Part shown: positions 7,897-17,717 of the stretch, one piece after another
Position numbering within the stretch: position 1 is the stretch's first letter
How the letters are laid out: each line of letters starts with the position of its first letter
DNA from: an uncultured virus (IMG/VR IMGVR_UViG_3300035670_005636)
Lineage: Duplodnaviria; Heunggongvirae; Uroviricota; Caudoviricetes
Direction: 5' to 3' (one strand)
Length of the DNA: 64,000 nt
IMG/VR virus record: IMGVR_UViG_3300035670_005636
Program-made: the position numbers and the translations under genes
The notes under the pieces: generated by a model
Database searches by the model: none
What the model saw: the letters and a program-made list of their open reading frames with translations, nothing else
Told to the model about the DNA's origin: nothing

Positions 7897-10800
7897 ATGC
7901 TATTCCTGGAATTATTGCAAATTCGGATCTTCTTGTTGCACCAAACATAAAGCCTTCATCTCTGAGTGATGTATTGACGACGGTTGTGTTTGTACTGTTA
8001 TTGATTTGATTGCCGCTATTTACAACTGCTGCTGTGTCACCTGTATTAGTTGCTGTTGTAGGATTACTATTCTTCAGTGCATCATTTGTTGCTTGTTGTT
8101 GTTGGAAAGATAGTGATGTTCCGCTTGTCACTGGCAATGCTGTTCCCATTGCTGCAACTGCTGCGTCTGCGCCAGGTTTTATTGGATTACCTTGTCTATC
8201 ATATCCTATAATATTTGGATTATCTTCATCTTGGAATTTACCAGTTTTCGCATTGAAAACTTGTCTACCATGATAACTGCTATAAGAATCTTCTCCGCTA
8301 GTATATGAATCAGTATATGCTTCCTGAATCGCAAAACTATCTTTAAATCCAGCAGCAGTTGAAAATGCACTAAAATCTACAACATTGCCTTTTAAGTCTA
8401 CTGCTTGACCTTCTTTATTATATCCCATAATGAGAGGATTAGATTCTTCAACAACTTTACCTAATTTCTCATTCCACACTGATCTAGGACCTAAGTTTTC
8501 AGTATATGATCCTTCTCCAGTATCTACTGTTCTAGTGCCGCCCTCTCTATATTGTTGATTCAAATCTCTTTCAAATTTATTTGCAAAAGTTGTTCCACCA
8601 AGTCCTTTAAATTCTTCACCAGCACCAGCCACTACACCGCTTTCTAATTCAGGCTTTGTAAGTTTAGCAGCAGATGCAATTGCTGATGATTTCTTTTCCG
8701 CCGAAGTTTCTTCAAGCATAGCATTCATCAATGCTTGAGTAACCTTATTCAGTCCTTGTGCTGTAGATATTTCATCAAGTGAAACCGTGATAACTTCTTT
8801 ATTACCTTTTTCTTTAAATTCTCCTTTACCCACACCTACGGTTGATGTCTTGCTTTTACCGTGCATACTAATTGTAAAGTAATCGTACGCTAAAGGACCA
8901 TTGACAGTAATTTGTGCTTTCTTTAACATTGCAAAAAGCATAATACCAATCTTAGTTGTAGCATCTTTCATTGATCCGGGCGTTTTCTTACCCTCTGATA
9001 TAATAGAGCCTGCTGAAGGATCACTGTTACCATTTACATAGATGGCCCAAGTACATCGTGGATCCGCTTTGCCTATGAGTGCATTTGCTATAAATCCTGC
9101 AACTAATCCTAATCCAGGAAAACCTATGTTTAAGTATTGTGCTATAGCATTTACTGCGTATGTTGCACCAGCAGAAATCGCAGCACCTTTAATGTCACCT
9201 TGAAACAGTTTTACAATTGCGCCCGCATAAGGAAGAACATCACCGACGCCTGGTAAATTGTCTAAAATACCACTAGTAGCTGATGCTGCTCCACCGCCTT
9301 CTCCTAGTGCGTCTAATCCACCCGTCGTACCAGCAGAAAATCCACCAGAAGCAAAATTAGTATAACCTGATCCTAAAATATCTGACACTGGAACTGCTGT
9401 GCCTTCAACAATCGGTGCTGCTCCACCGCCCATTGATGCATTAATGTCCATTCCACCAAAATCAGATGTTCCTGCAATGTCCATATTTGGAGTAGTTGAT
9501 ATCCCGCCACCACCACCAGGCATTGTCAAATTGACGCCAGTTCTTAATCCTGCTTCACCAGCAGCATTATATCCTGCTGAACTGCCGGCATTGTTAAATG
9601 GATTGAGACTGCTAAAGTCACCAGTCTTTAACGCTGTTGTAAGGCCTGTATCTTTTCCTAAAAACTTAGCAGTAATGTCACCAAAGCCTAGTGAACTGCC
9701 TGCAAATTGAAGACCACTCTTTAATGCATAATTGACACCCTGCTGCGCTGCTAATTTAACATAAGGATTCTTTATGTTTTTTGTAATTTGATATGCTGCA
9801 TAATTTGTAGCTAAATTTCCACCAATTTTCATTCCTGTATTGAGAAGTGCGTCTCCCCAACTCATCTCACCAGACCACGCTTTTCCTAAATCACTAAAGA
9901 ATCCACCTTCACCACCTCCACCAAATAATCCGCCACCTGTGCCGCCACCTGTGCCACTAAACAAACTTGCAAGTAAATTGAAGCCCCAATTTAAAATGTT
10001 GCCGAGACCACCACCCACGCCGTCAAATACTTTACTTAAAAATCCAAAACCACCAGCAAAGATACTACCGAGACCAGCAAAAGCGCCAGTTTGCCCTTCT
10101 GCAACACTGTCTCCAATTCCTGAATAGAATTCGTCATAACTATTGACAGCAATTTTTTGGCTCGCTGCAAGACCAGAAGCAACTTTTTCACCGTTATAAG
10201 ATGTAGGTTTAAAGAAGTTTGATATGTTTGTTGCTAATGTTGAAAAGAATCCTGGACCTTGACCAGTATTAGTACCAACAGGAGCATAACCATATATGTT
10301 ATCATCTTGAGTCTGACTTCTACTTGGACCAAAAATAAAGTCGAGTAATCCACCTCCCGAAGGCTGACCAGCAATTCCTGAAACTTGTCTTCCAGGAATC
10401 ATGTTCATTGCACCAGACAAACCTTGATTGAATAACATGCCTGGTTGTAAAAATCCCATCATACCGCCAGTGAGCGTGTTTGATAGTGCTGCGACTTGTT
10501 GCTGCGGAGTCATATATCCGCCAGCATTTTTACCAAATAGTGATGGGAACTGTTGTTGAACAAATGCTAAACCAGATTGTGCTCCAATTGGTATACCAGT
10601 CATACCATAAATCAATTGCTCGATGCCTAGTTTTCTCGCTTCTTTGCCTTTCTTGCCCTTTGTTAATAAGTTTCCTGCAATTTGTTGGAAACTAAATGCA
10701 TTATTTTGAAACGGCAGCATTGAACCAAGAAAATTAACACCTTTGTCAACGAGAAGATTTCCTGCTTGACCAAAAATACTTGCATATTGACCACCATATT

Positions 10801-13048
10801 TTTTACCAACAAGTTTGTTAAAAAATGGTGTTATTTTTTTCTGAATTTGTAACTCTTTGCCTATCAAGTTACCTAAGTAGCCTGGACGCTCTGCTTGCTT
10901 TCTACTTACACCAAAAAACTTTCCTGGAAATAAAAGTTCCGTCAATGATGTATTGATAAGTCTTCGTGTTGTATTTTCAAATTGTTGCGTCAGTGACGTA
11001 ATGCGTTGCTGATAATATCGTTGAACAGGATCAGTAATAACGGATCTTTGTGATCCTCTACCCACTGCTGCTGCTCGTGTGTTATCTCGTTTTGCTTGTA
11101 GTGCTCTTTTTTCTGCATTGTTACCTTGTCGAACTAACTTGCGAGTATTTTTTTCCGTTTCAATAATTGCTTCAGCAACTTGATCACTCTTTGTATTAGG
11201 TGTAATTGTGCCTGAACTTGATGCAAAATCTACAAAATTTGCTCCTGACGTTGCTGCTAAATTTGGATATCTTGCAGCAAGTCTTTCTGTTTCGTCTCCT
11301 GTGTCTGGTGCAGGTACTACAGGTATAATTGGTGCACCAGTAGACTTAGGAGTTATACTGTCTCCACCGCCGCCGCCACTCAATGTATCGTTGCCCAAGC
11401 CTCCAATTAAAGTATCACCGCTCGCATTATCACTTCTTGGACCACCGAACCGCTGAGATTGTCCACTATCACCTTTAAAATTATAATTGCCTGAAAGATT
11501 GCCTGAAGTTGGCATCTGACCTGACAAATATAGTTCTGCTTCCTTTTTTCTTCTTTTTACTAAACCATCTAAAACTTGACCTTGACTTGTCCTTACTCCG
11601 TTTTCTATAGCCTTCGCTTGATTTTCTATAGATTCACCAGACTTAATAGATTGCACCCATGCAGAAGGCGGTGATCCAACATTATAAGTATAACTTAAAA
11701 TTGCAGCCTTTTGATTTTCATTTAATTTATTCCAATTTTCTTCACCTACCGCTCTAATTATTTTTGCTTCGAATTCTTTCAGTACAGTATTCAATAAAAT
11801 TTCAGCATGTTCATCAGTGAATCTTTCAATGGAACCAGCCCGAATTTCTGCCGCATTCTTTTTACCGCCCGACACATCAACTTTTCTACCACCAATGACC
11901 ATGTATCCACGTTTCATGTCTGCATTGGTTAACTGTTTACCATATCCTATAGCATATCCACCAGCATCTTTGTATGCTTCTAATCTTTTACCCTCTTCTT
12001 TTCTTATAAAATCTTTAACTGAAGTATTAGGTGAAGTGTTTTTAAATCCAGGACCTGGAGGCGGCTGATCTTTACGTGTTCTATCCCCAATAGGCTTCTC
12101 TTTATCAGGATCGTTGCCCACCCTTGTATTCTCACCTTTTGATATACTTTTAATATCTTCAATGAATCCTGGAAGTTCAAGGATTCCACCAATAGCAAGT
12201 CCAGCCCATCCTAAAACTCTTCCTACACTACCTAGACCTTTAAGAATACCGCCACCTTTAGGCATTTCAGGTGGAGAAGGAATTGGTTTTCCTGTTTTTA
12301 TATCGATAACGTTTCCTGGTGGCTTGTTGCTTCCAGGAGGCGTCTGCGGTGTCGATGGTTTTGGTCCTCCAGGTGCTCCAGGTGCTCCAGGTGGTGCGCC
12401 AGGAACTGGAACAGGTTTGTTTCCAGCAGGCTGTTGTTTATTAGGAGCATCTGGTGTCGATGGTGGAGGTGCTTTTGGTCCGCCACCGGGAATTCTATTT
12501 CCAAGTGCTTTGCCAAGACCTAATGCACCAAGTCCGGCTAAAATTTTGTTTAAATGATCTTTAAGAAAATCTGATATAGGATTTCTTTTTTTAAATTTTA
12601 AACCGCCACCACTTCCGTTACCAGTGCCATCAATATTTTCTATCGACTTTTTTAAATCTTTGATTGCGTCAAGCAATTTTTGATCACGAAGAATTTTTTC
12701 TTTTTCAGTTTCTTCGGCAAATGCTTCAGCCTTTGCTGCTCTTCTATCAGCATTTGCAGCAAGTCTTGTTTGTGCTATAATGCTTGAATTAATTGCACGA
12801 AGTTGTCGTGCCATATCAAGACTTATAACATTGTTTGTTCTTTGTTCTTTAACAGTCTCATTTTGTGTATTTGCTTCTTTTTCTTTTGCGCTAGAATATC
12901 TCTTAAGTGTCGATGCAAATGCAGCAGCACTTGTGATGCCAGGGACTTCCGACATGAATGCTCCCTTTGCACCTCTAGCAAATCCTGAAACTGCTGATGA
13001 TGTTTTTTCAGCGGCTAATTTACCTAATGCGCTTACATAATTTGCCAT
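7895..13048 (-). CDS. tape-measure/baseplate-hub-like virion protein with internal GH24 lysozyme domain
   Basis: 1717 aa, Gly/Ala-rich, downstream of gp26/gp51. Lysozyme motif 'FIRKEEGKRLEAYKDAGGYAIGYG...AILSYTYNVG...GLVKRRKKEAELY'. C-terminal 'NNSTNTTVVN' is typical of T4-like hub/TMP proteins. Confidence 0.7.
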   Translation of the reverse strand: MANYVSALGKLAAEKTSSAVSGFARGAKGAFMSEVPGITSAAAFASTLKRYSSAKEKEANTQNETVKEQRTNNVISLDMARQLRAINSSIIAQTRLAANADRRAAKAEAFAEETEKEKILRDQKLLDAIKDLKKSIENIDGTGNGSGGGLKFKKRNPISDFLKDHLNKILAGLGALGLGKALGNRIPGGGPKAPPPSTPDAPNKQQPAGNKPVPVPGAPPGAPGAPGGPKPSTPQTPPGSNKPPGNVIDIKTGKPIPSPPEMPKGGGILKGLGSVGRVLGWAGLAIGGILELPGFIEDIKSISKGENTRVGNDPDKEKPIGDRTRKDQPPPGPGFKNTSPNTSVKDFIRKEEGKRLEAYKDAGGYAIGYGKQLTNADMKRGYMVIGGRKVDVSGGKKNAAEIRAGSIERFTDEHAEILLNTVLKEFEAKIIRAVGEENWNKLNENQKAAILSYTYNVGSPPSAWVQSIKSGESIENQAKAIENGVRTSQGQVLDGLVKRRKKEAELYLSGQMPTSGNLSGNYNFKGDSGQSQRFGGPRSDNASGDTLIGGLGNDTLSGGGGGDSITPKSTGAPIIPVVPAPDTGDETERLAARYPNLAATSGANFVDFASSSGTITPNTKSDQVAEAIIETEKNTRKLVRQGNNAEKRALQAKRDNTRAAAVGRGSQRSVITDPVQRYYQQRITSLTQQFENTTRRLINTSLTELLFPGKFFGVSRKQAERPGYLGNLIGKELQIQKKITPFFNKLVGKKYGGQYASIFGQAGNLLVDKGVNFLGSMLPFQNNAFSFQQIAGNLLTKGKKGKEARKLGIEQLIYGMTGIPIGAQSGLAFVQQQFPSLFGKNAGGYMTPQQQVAALSNTLTGGMMGFLQPGMLFNQGLSGAMNMIPGRQVSGIAGQPSGGGLLDFIFGPSRSQTQDDNIYGYAPVGTNTGQGPGFFSTLATNISNFFKPTSYNGEKVASGLAASQKIAVNSYDEFYSGIGDSVAEGQTGAFAGLGSIFAGGFGFLSKVFDGVGGGLGNILNWGFNLLASLFSGTGGGTGGGLFGGGGEGGFFSDLGKAWSGEMSWGDALLNTGMKIGGNLATNYAAYQITKNIKNPYVKLAAQQGVNYALKSGLQFAGSSLGFGDITAKFLGKDTGLTTALKTGDFSSLNPFNNAGSSAGYNAAGEAGLRTGVNLTMPGGGGGISTTPNMDIAGTSDFGGMDINASMGGGAAPIVEGTAVPVSDILGSGYTNFASGGFSAGTTGGLDALGEGGGAASATSGILDNLPGVGDVLPYAGAIVKLFQGDIKGAAISAGATYAVNAIAQYLNIGFPGLGLVAGFIANALIGKADPRCTWAIYVNGNSDPSAGSIISEGKKTPGSMKDATTKIGIMLFAMLKKAQITVNGPLAYDYFTISMHGKSKTSTVGVGKGEFKEKGNKEVITVSLDEISTAQGLNKVTQALMNAMLEETSAEKKSSAIASAAKLTKPELESGVVAGAGEEFKGLGGTTFANKFERDLNQQYREGGTRTVDTGEGSYTENLGPRSVWNEKLGKVVEESNPLIMGYNKEGQAVDLKGNVVDFSAFSTAAGFKDSFAIQEAYTDSYTSGEDSYSSYHGRQVFNAKTGKFQDEDNPNIIGYDRQGNPIKPGADAAVAAMGTALPVTSGTSLSFQQQQATNDALKNSNPTTATNTGDTAAVVNSGNQINNSTNTTVVNTSLRDEGFMFGATRRSEFAIIPGIA

Positions 13049-13053
13049 TCAGT

Positions 13054-13548
13054 TTATCCACGTTCAAAAACGTTATCTGGATCAAGTTGTCGAATACGCT
13101 CAAGATTTGGTGCTCCTGATGTAGACGCTTGTCTATTTGGTGTATATGATTGCTGAGGCATTACAGGTGTAACAGTGTCATAGGTTCTAGTCATATTCAT
13201 ATTACTTGAAGAACTCATACCACCAATACTGCCGCCAACGTTCATGCCAAGACTTGATGTTGTACTAGCACCTGCCATTTTTTCTTGGCCTCTTGACCAC
13301 GCTGTAATACCTAGCACTGCACCCATTGCTAAGTGATACAAGCCACCATTTGCTAACGTCAAGGGTACCCATTGTCTAAAAGCATCATTCTGCGGCAATA
13401 CTTCCCAGAATTGAACAATGGTAAACATGATAGGAAATATTACGAAATCAAAGACACAAACAAACATATACTGCCAACCCATCATTGGTCGCCATTTCTT
13501 TTGCATCCAGTCTTCAGGAGGCTTTGCGTCTTTGATTTCCTCGGTCAT
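13054..13548 (-). CDS. holin-like membrane protein (GTA 3TM holin family-like)
   Basis: 'KWRPMMGW.Y', two hydrophobic segments, 'GAVLGITAWSRGQEK'. Confidence 0.7.
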   Translation of the reverse strand: MTEEIKDAKPPEDWMQKKWRPMMGWQYMFVCVFDFVIFPIMFTIVQFWEVLPQNDAFRQWVPLTLANGGLYHLAMGAVLGITAWSRGQEKMAGASTTSSLGMNVGGSIGGMSSSSNMNMTRTYDTVTPVMPQQSYTPNRQASTSGAPNLERIRQLDPDNVFERG

Positions 13549-13751
13549 TATTTTCTTCCTCTCATCTTTTGTTGTAATTGTTGTTGATGTATTCTTTCGT
13601 TTTCTTGCTGAATATGCTGAGAGAGAAGCATTATGTAAATATCACGTTCAAAAGGAATCATTTCCTCAAGTTCAGCGATACTATATTTATGATGTTGCAT
13701 CAGAGCAAAATTAGTCTTGTAATAGTTTAAAAGACTCTCATGCCCCATCAA
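13548..13751 (-). CDS. 51: baseplate hub assembly chaperone (gp51-like)
   Basis: 'NYYKTNFALMQHHKYS..ELEEMIPFERDIY' directly after gp26. Confidence 0.85.
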   Translation of the reverse strand: MMGHESLLNYYKTNFALMQHHKYSIAELEEMIPFERDIYIMLLSQHIQQENERIHQQQLQQKMRGRK

Positions 13752-14485
13752 AAGGCGAAAAAATTGTTCATGCCCTCCAGTTCAACTGTTTCCTCTTGAC
13801 CGCAACCTTTACATTTCCATTTCACTTCATGTTTCAATTTAGGCATTGTTTCAAAAAATGATGCAAGTTTTGTAAACTGTTCTTGTGATAGGTTGTCTAT
13901 AAAGTCGACCAATTCTTGCTTTGTATTGTCTTCTTTTTTGTATACGTTTTCTTTATCAAAAATATAATCTATAGAATTAATAATTGATTCTGTTGCAGCA
14001 TCCAATTCTGTCTTTGCGTCTTCTACATTCACTGGAGTCATCGTTGGATATTTCATTTTGACACCGATGCCTGTTTCTTCGTCAATGATAATTGTATCGG
14101 TATGATTTTCTTTTTTGCTAACTTCAATCTCTAACAAACTTAAATTTACCATTGTCTCTTTACTGCAGGATTCATTTAACTTGTTCATACCATTAGGATG
14201 ACGCATTCTCAAATCAACCTTTTCACCAATTGACTTCGCTCGTAGTCGAACAAAGAAATATTCTAAATCAAAGATTGGTAATTTATCAACGTCAATTGCA
14301 GGCTCTATCGAACAGTTATTAATAATCTGTTTTATTGCATTGATAACTGACGCTTGCTCATTATCTTCTAATGCTAACATTAGAATTTTTTGTTCTTTTA
14401 CTAAAAACGGTCTGTATTTAATAGTTTCTTTTGTCGATGGCAAAGTCAACTCAAAAATAGGTGCATGTAACTTAGGTAATGGCAT
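13748..14485 (-). CDS. 26: baseplate hub subunit (gp26-like)
   Basis: 'MPLPKL..P.FELTLPS...IKYRPFLVKEQKIL', 'LRAKSIGE', C-terminal CxxC. Confidence 0.9.
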   Translation of the reverse strand: MPLPKLHAPIFELTLPSTKETIKYRPFLVKEQKILMLALEDNEQASVINAIKQIINNCSIEPAIDVDKLPIFDLEYFFVRLRAKSIGEKVDLRMRHPNGMNKLNESCSKETMVNLSLLEIEVSKKENHTDTIIIDEETGIGVKMKYPTMTPVNVEDAKTELDAATESIINSIDYIFDKENVYKKEDNTKQELVDFIDNLSQEQFTKLASFFETMPKLKHEVKWKCKGCGQEETVELEGMNNFFAF

Positions 14486-14507
14486 AATATGCTCTCCAAA
14501 AAATTAA

Positions 14508-15053
14508 TTATTCATATTCATAATAACGATAATTCAACGTCACATTAAATCGTTGATATGTATTTACTTCTTCCCAACTCAAATTCATAGGTCCAATTTG
14601 TATAGGATACACATCTCGCAATGTGTATTTTAAAATGGTGTCACCCTGCTCATCTATTTGACGAAGTTGAAGAGAATTACCTCTTGCGAAATCCTCATAA
14701 TATCTAACAAGCCCTGACGTTTGACTATTTCCTTCAAATGATCCTGGTATGATAATGCTATCAATCCATGATTCAAAATAGTATCTTTCTGTCATGTCTG
14801 TACCACATATAATTGTAATTTCCATATCATTATAATTTATTTCATATGGAAATTTTAATGCTGGGCCAGAACCAATATCATCAACGGTTGCGACTGTTCT
14901 TCCTGGAATTTCAGCCTTTTCGCATCTAAACGTAAAGAATTCTGGTTCTTCTCTCAGACCTGTACTTACAACGGACAATGATGCGTCCCATAGATTAGGT
15001 CTTGCAATACCTTTAGGAAACGCCGCTCTAAATTCTGATATTGTAAACGCCAT
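14508..15053 (-). CDS. tail-tube-fold protein (gp54/gp19-like tube initiator)
   Basis: 'ARPNLW', 'CEKAEIPGR', 'VYPIQIG...LSW...F.V...YRY'. Confidence 0.75.
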   Translation of the reverse strand: MAFTISEFRAAFPKGIARPNLWDASLSVVSTGLREEPEFFTFRCEKAEIPGRTVATVDDIGSGPALKFPYEINYNDMEITIICGTDMTERYYFESWIDSIIIPGSFEGNSQTSGLVRYYEDFARGNSLQLRQIDEQGDTILKYTLRDVYPIQIGPMNLSWEEVNTYQRFNVTLNYRYYEYE

Positions 15054-15056
15054 GTG

Positions 15057-15647
15057 TTATCCCATTTTCTTTCTTGAGTCTGACCAAACTTGATCCTTCG
15101 ATGCTTTCTTAAAGTTTTCAGTAGGCAAAAACAGTGCTATGTCCCACTCTTTAGAAGAAATCTGTAAAAAATTAGACCGAATATGATTTCTTAAGTATTT
15201 CTTAAGTGTCGGTTTAAATGCTCTGAATCTTGAAGCACCTTTTAATACGTCATATGATATTCTTATCTTTGTTGTATCATTATACAGTTTATTATTTATG
15301 GTCGTATACAGTGCATCCATTAATTTTGCTCTGAGTACATGTGGTAAATAATGAAAGTTAATTCCAGTAAATCCATCTTGATGAAATTCTACAGGAAAAA
15401 TAAGTGGAAATTGATCATAGTACGGTAATTCTTTTTTCCATTTCGGATCATAAACAAATCCATACATGTAACCATAAGTAATGTTTTCTACAATGCGTGT
15501 TTCATCTTTTAAAATAGTGTCCGCAGATATCCTCCTGCTGTACAGATTTTCCGCAGCGGATCTATACCACTCCCTTGCGAATTTAGTCCGTGCAGGAACA
15601 ATTCCTTGTTTCAAACCTTGAAGTAAAACTTTGTCGAATATTGCCAT
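15057..15647 (-). CDS. 2: DNA end protector (gp2-like)
   Basis: 'YDPKWKKELPYYDQFPLIF', 'GINFHYLP', 'W..ALFLPTE.F.K'. Confidence 0.9.
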   Translation of the reverse strand: MAIFDKVLLQGLKQGIVPARTKFAREWYRSAAENLYSRRISADTILKDETRIVENITYGYMYGFVYDPKWKKELPYYDQFPLIFPVEFHQDGFTGINFHYLPHVLRAKLMDALYTTINNKLYNDTTKIRISYDVLKGASRFRAFKPTLKKYLRNHIRSNFLQISSKEWDIALFLPTENFKKASKDQVWSDSRKKMG

Positions 15648-15657
15648 AGTTTTCTAT

Positions 15658-16101
15658 TTATCTCAATTCTTTCTCAGTCATCAACTTAAATTCCCACTTT
15701 CGATCTAAACAATATTCAATTGCTGCTTTCCACTTCGCTTGATTGACTTCCCATGTAACCGCTTCACGTAAAAATCGTGACGTAGGTTTACCTCTCGCTG
15801 ACATCTTTATTTTAGGCGATGAGATTTGAGAATACGGCTTGACTTCAATCAACGACTCTCGTATGTTATTTTCTCTGTCACGATATTTAATATAAAAATC
15901 AGGAAAATATCTGTGCCATCTATTATCAACAGGTGACACATAAGGTATGATGATTTCCTCAGAACTCCATTGAAGAATGGACTGATTTGTATCACAGTAA
16001 ATCATGAATTTTCGTTCCAAAAGACTTCGAAAGACAATATTTGTTGGATCGCCTTTGTATTTTGGATAATTTTTTGGTATAAATCGACCTTTATATGACA
16101 T
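15658..16101 (-). CDS. 4: head completion nuclease (gp4-like)
   Basis: 'YKGRFIPKN..KYKGDP..I..RS..E', 'WSSEE..IPY', 'YFPDF', 'IEVKP', 'NQAKW.AA'. Confidence 0.92.
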   Translation of the reverse strand: MSYKGRFIPKNYPKYKGDPTNIVFRSLLERKFMIYCDTNQSILQWSSEEIIIPYVSPVDNRWHRYFPDFYIKYRDRENNIRESLIEVKPYSQISSPKIKMSARGKPTSRFLREAVTWEVNQAKWKAAIEYCLDRKWEFKLMTEKELR

Positions 16102-16132
16102 AAATAATATAAACTTGTAAAGAAGGATAACT

Positions 16133-17176
16133 ATGGCAGAAACAACATTTGCATTTGTGCCGAATTTTGGACAATCTAGCGCATTTCAAACAACATCAGC
16201 AGGCAGTCAAAATCGAGTTGCTTTTGGTTTAGACTACGCACATGCGGACTTTGTTGTTCCGGTAATGGCATTTACGTTCTATGATGCTTTAGGTGAACCT
16301 AAAGAACTATCTAATTTATATATTCGCATGACAAGTTCATTCGAAACTGCACTGGCTAATCCTTTTCAGGAAACTGAAGGTATTTTTGGAAGTCCAGGAA
16401 ACATGGACACGGTTCTAGGTGCGCTTAAAACAATTGGAGTTTCAGGGCTTGAAGCACTTACAAAACAATTGATTAATGCGTCGGGTGCATTAGGTGGTTA
16501 TCTTGCGTCGGCAGGGCAAACAGGAAAGGCACAGATTGAATTTTTAAGAAGAGAAATGTTCAATAATTTTCAACAGTTGATATACAAGGGTCCTCAATTT
16601 CGTAGATTCTCACCTTCATTTACAATGAGACCAACATCTCTTGCTGAAGCAAAGGCAATGAAAGAAATTATATCAACATTTAAAATAGCATCTTCTCCTA
16701 AGTCAGCATCATTATTTGGATCATTAGAGGCTGACGCAAGTACATCAATCTTAGGTCCGGTTACTCAAGCACAAAGAGATGCTGAATTAGGTGAATTAGG
16801 AATCAATACAGAAACGCAATCAAACGGTGAACAAGATGCAAGAGAAATTGAGGACACTTCAACCACAATTGATTTTTCTAATATTCTAGGCGACTCAAAA
16901 TTTACGTTTGGATATCCAGACATGTGTAGTTTTGAAATCATGCTTCTCCAAGGAAATGATGATATTACAACAGTCTTTAGAAGTAAAATTTGTGTTATTG
17001 AAAATGTAGCAGTAACATACGGTTCACAAAATAAATTAACATTCTTTGATGATGATGGTGAAGGTGCGTATTTCCCTACCGATGTAACACTTCAACTTCA
17101 ACTTAAAGAAGCAGTTCTTCAGACGGAAAATGACGCTCAAGACGAATATGAAAACAATTCATTAACAATTCTATAA
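16133..17176 (+). CDS. 48: baseplate tail-tube cap (gp48-like)
   Basis: 'YKGPQFRRFS.SF.M.P....EA', 'GYPD', C-terminal 'P.DV.L.LQ.KE'; precedes gp53. Confidence 0.7.
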   Translation: MAETTFAFVPNFGQSSAFQTTSAGSQNRVAFGLDYAHADFVVPVMAFTFYDALGEPKELSNLYIRMTSSFETALANPFQETEGIFGSPGNMDTVLGALKTIGVSGLEALTKQLINASGALGGYLASAGQTGKAQIEFLRREMFNNFQQLIYKGPQFRRFSPSFTMRPTSLAEAKAMKEIISTFKIASSPKSASLFGSLEADASTSILGPVTQAQRDAELGELGINTETQSNGEQDAREIEDTSTTIDFSNILGDSKFTFGYPDMCSFEIMLLQGNDDITTVFRSKICVIENVAVTYGSQNKLTFFDDDGEGAYFPTDVTLQLQLKEAVLQTENDAQDEYENNSLTIL

Positions 17177-17180
17177 TCAA

Positions 17181-17714
17181 ATGTCTATCTTTACACTCTA
17201 TCCAAAAGTTGATTATCCAATTGATGAGTACGATAAACTTCGTGCTATTGATATTACAAACTCTGCAAGAATCAAAGATTATCTAAAAGAATTTCGTGGT
17301 GTTGCTTATAATCCCTATGTGGTCCAAAATGGTGAAAGACCAGATCAAGTCTCGTACACTGTATACAAAACGCCTGATTATGATTGGATCATTATGATTG
17401 TTAATGACATGTATAGTGTATATGACGATTGGCCAAAGAGTGATGAATCTTTAAAAAAATATATCATTGAGAAGTATGGCAGCGTAGAGGCAGCACAGCA
17501 AATCATTAAATATTATAATGTGTACGGAAATGAAATTGATTTTACATTTTGGCAAACATTACCACCTGCCGAACGTGGAACGTCTAGCGAGACTGCATAT
17601 GAATATGAAGTGAGAAAAAACACAAATAAATCTAAAATTAAAGTTGTCAGAAAAGAACTTATAACATCAATCGAAAACAATTTTAAATTTAGTACCATTA
17701 AACCTATCCGATAA
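17181..17714 (+). CDS. 53: baseplate wedge subunit (gp53-like)
   Basis: 'Y.VQNGERPDQVS...Y...DYDWII...N', 'DWP', 'YI.EKYGS'. Confidence 0.88.
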   Translation: MSIFTLYPKVDYPIDEYDKLRAIDITNSARIKDYLKEFRGVAYNPYVVQNGERPDQVSYTVYKTPDYDWIIMIVNDMYSVYDDWPKSDESLKKYIIEKYGSVEAAQQIIKYYNVYGNEIDFTFWQTLPPAERGTSSETAYEYEVRKNTNKSKIKVVRKELITSIENNFKFSTIKPIR

Positions 17715-17717
17715 ATT

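Noticed and set aside
8010..13040. Plus-strand ORFs within the 1717-aa gene
   Set aside because: Antisense shadows of Gly/Pro-rich codons, without convincing SD or recognisable motifs.
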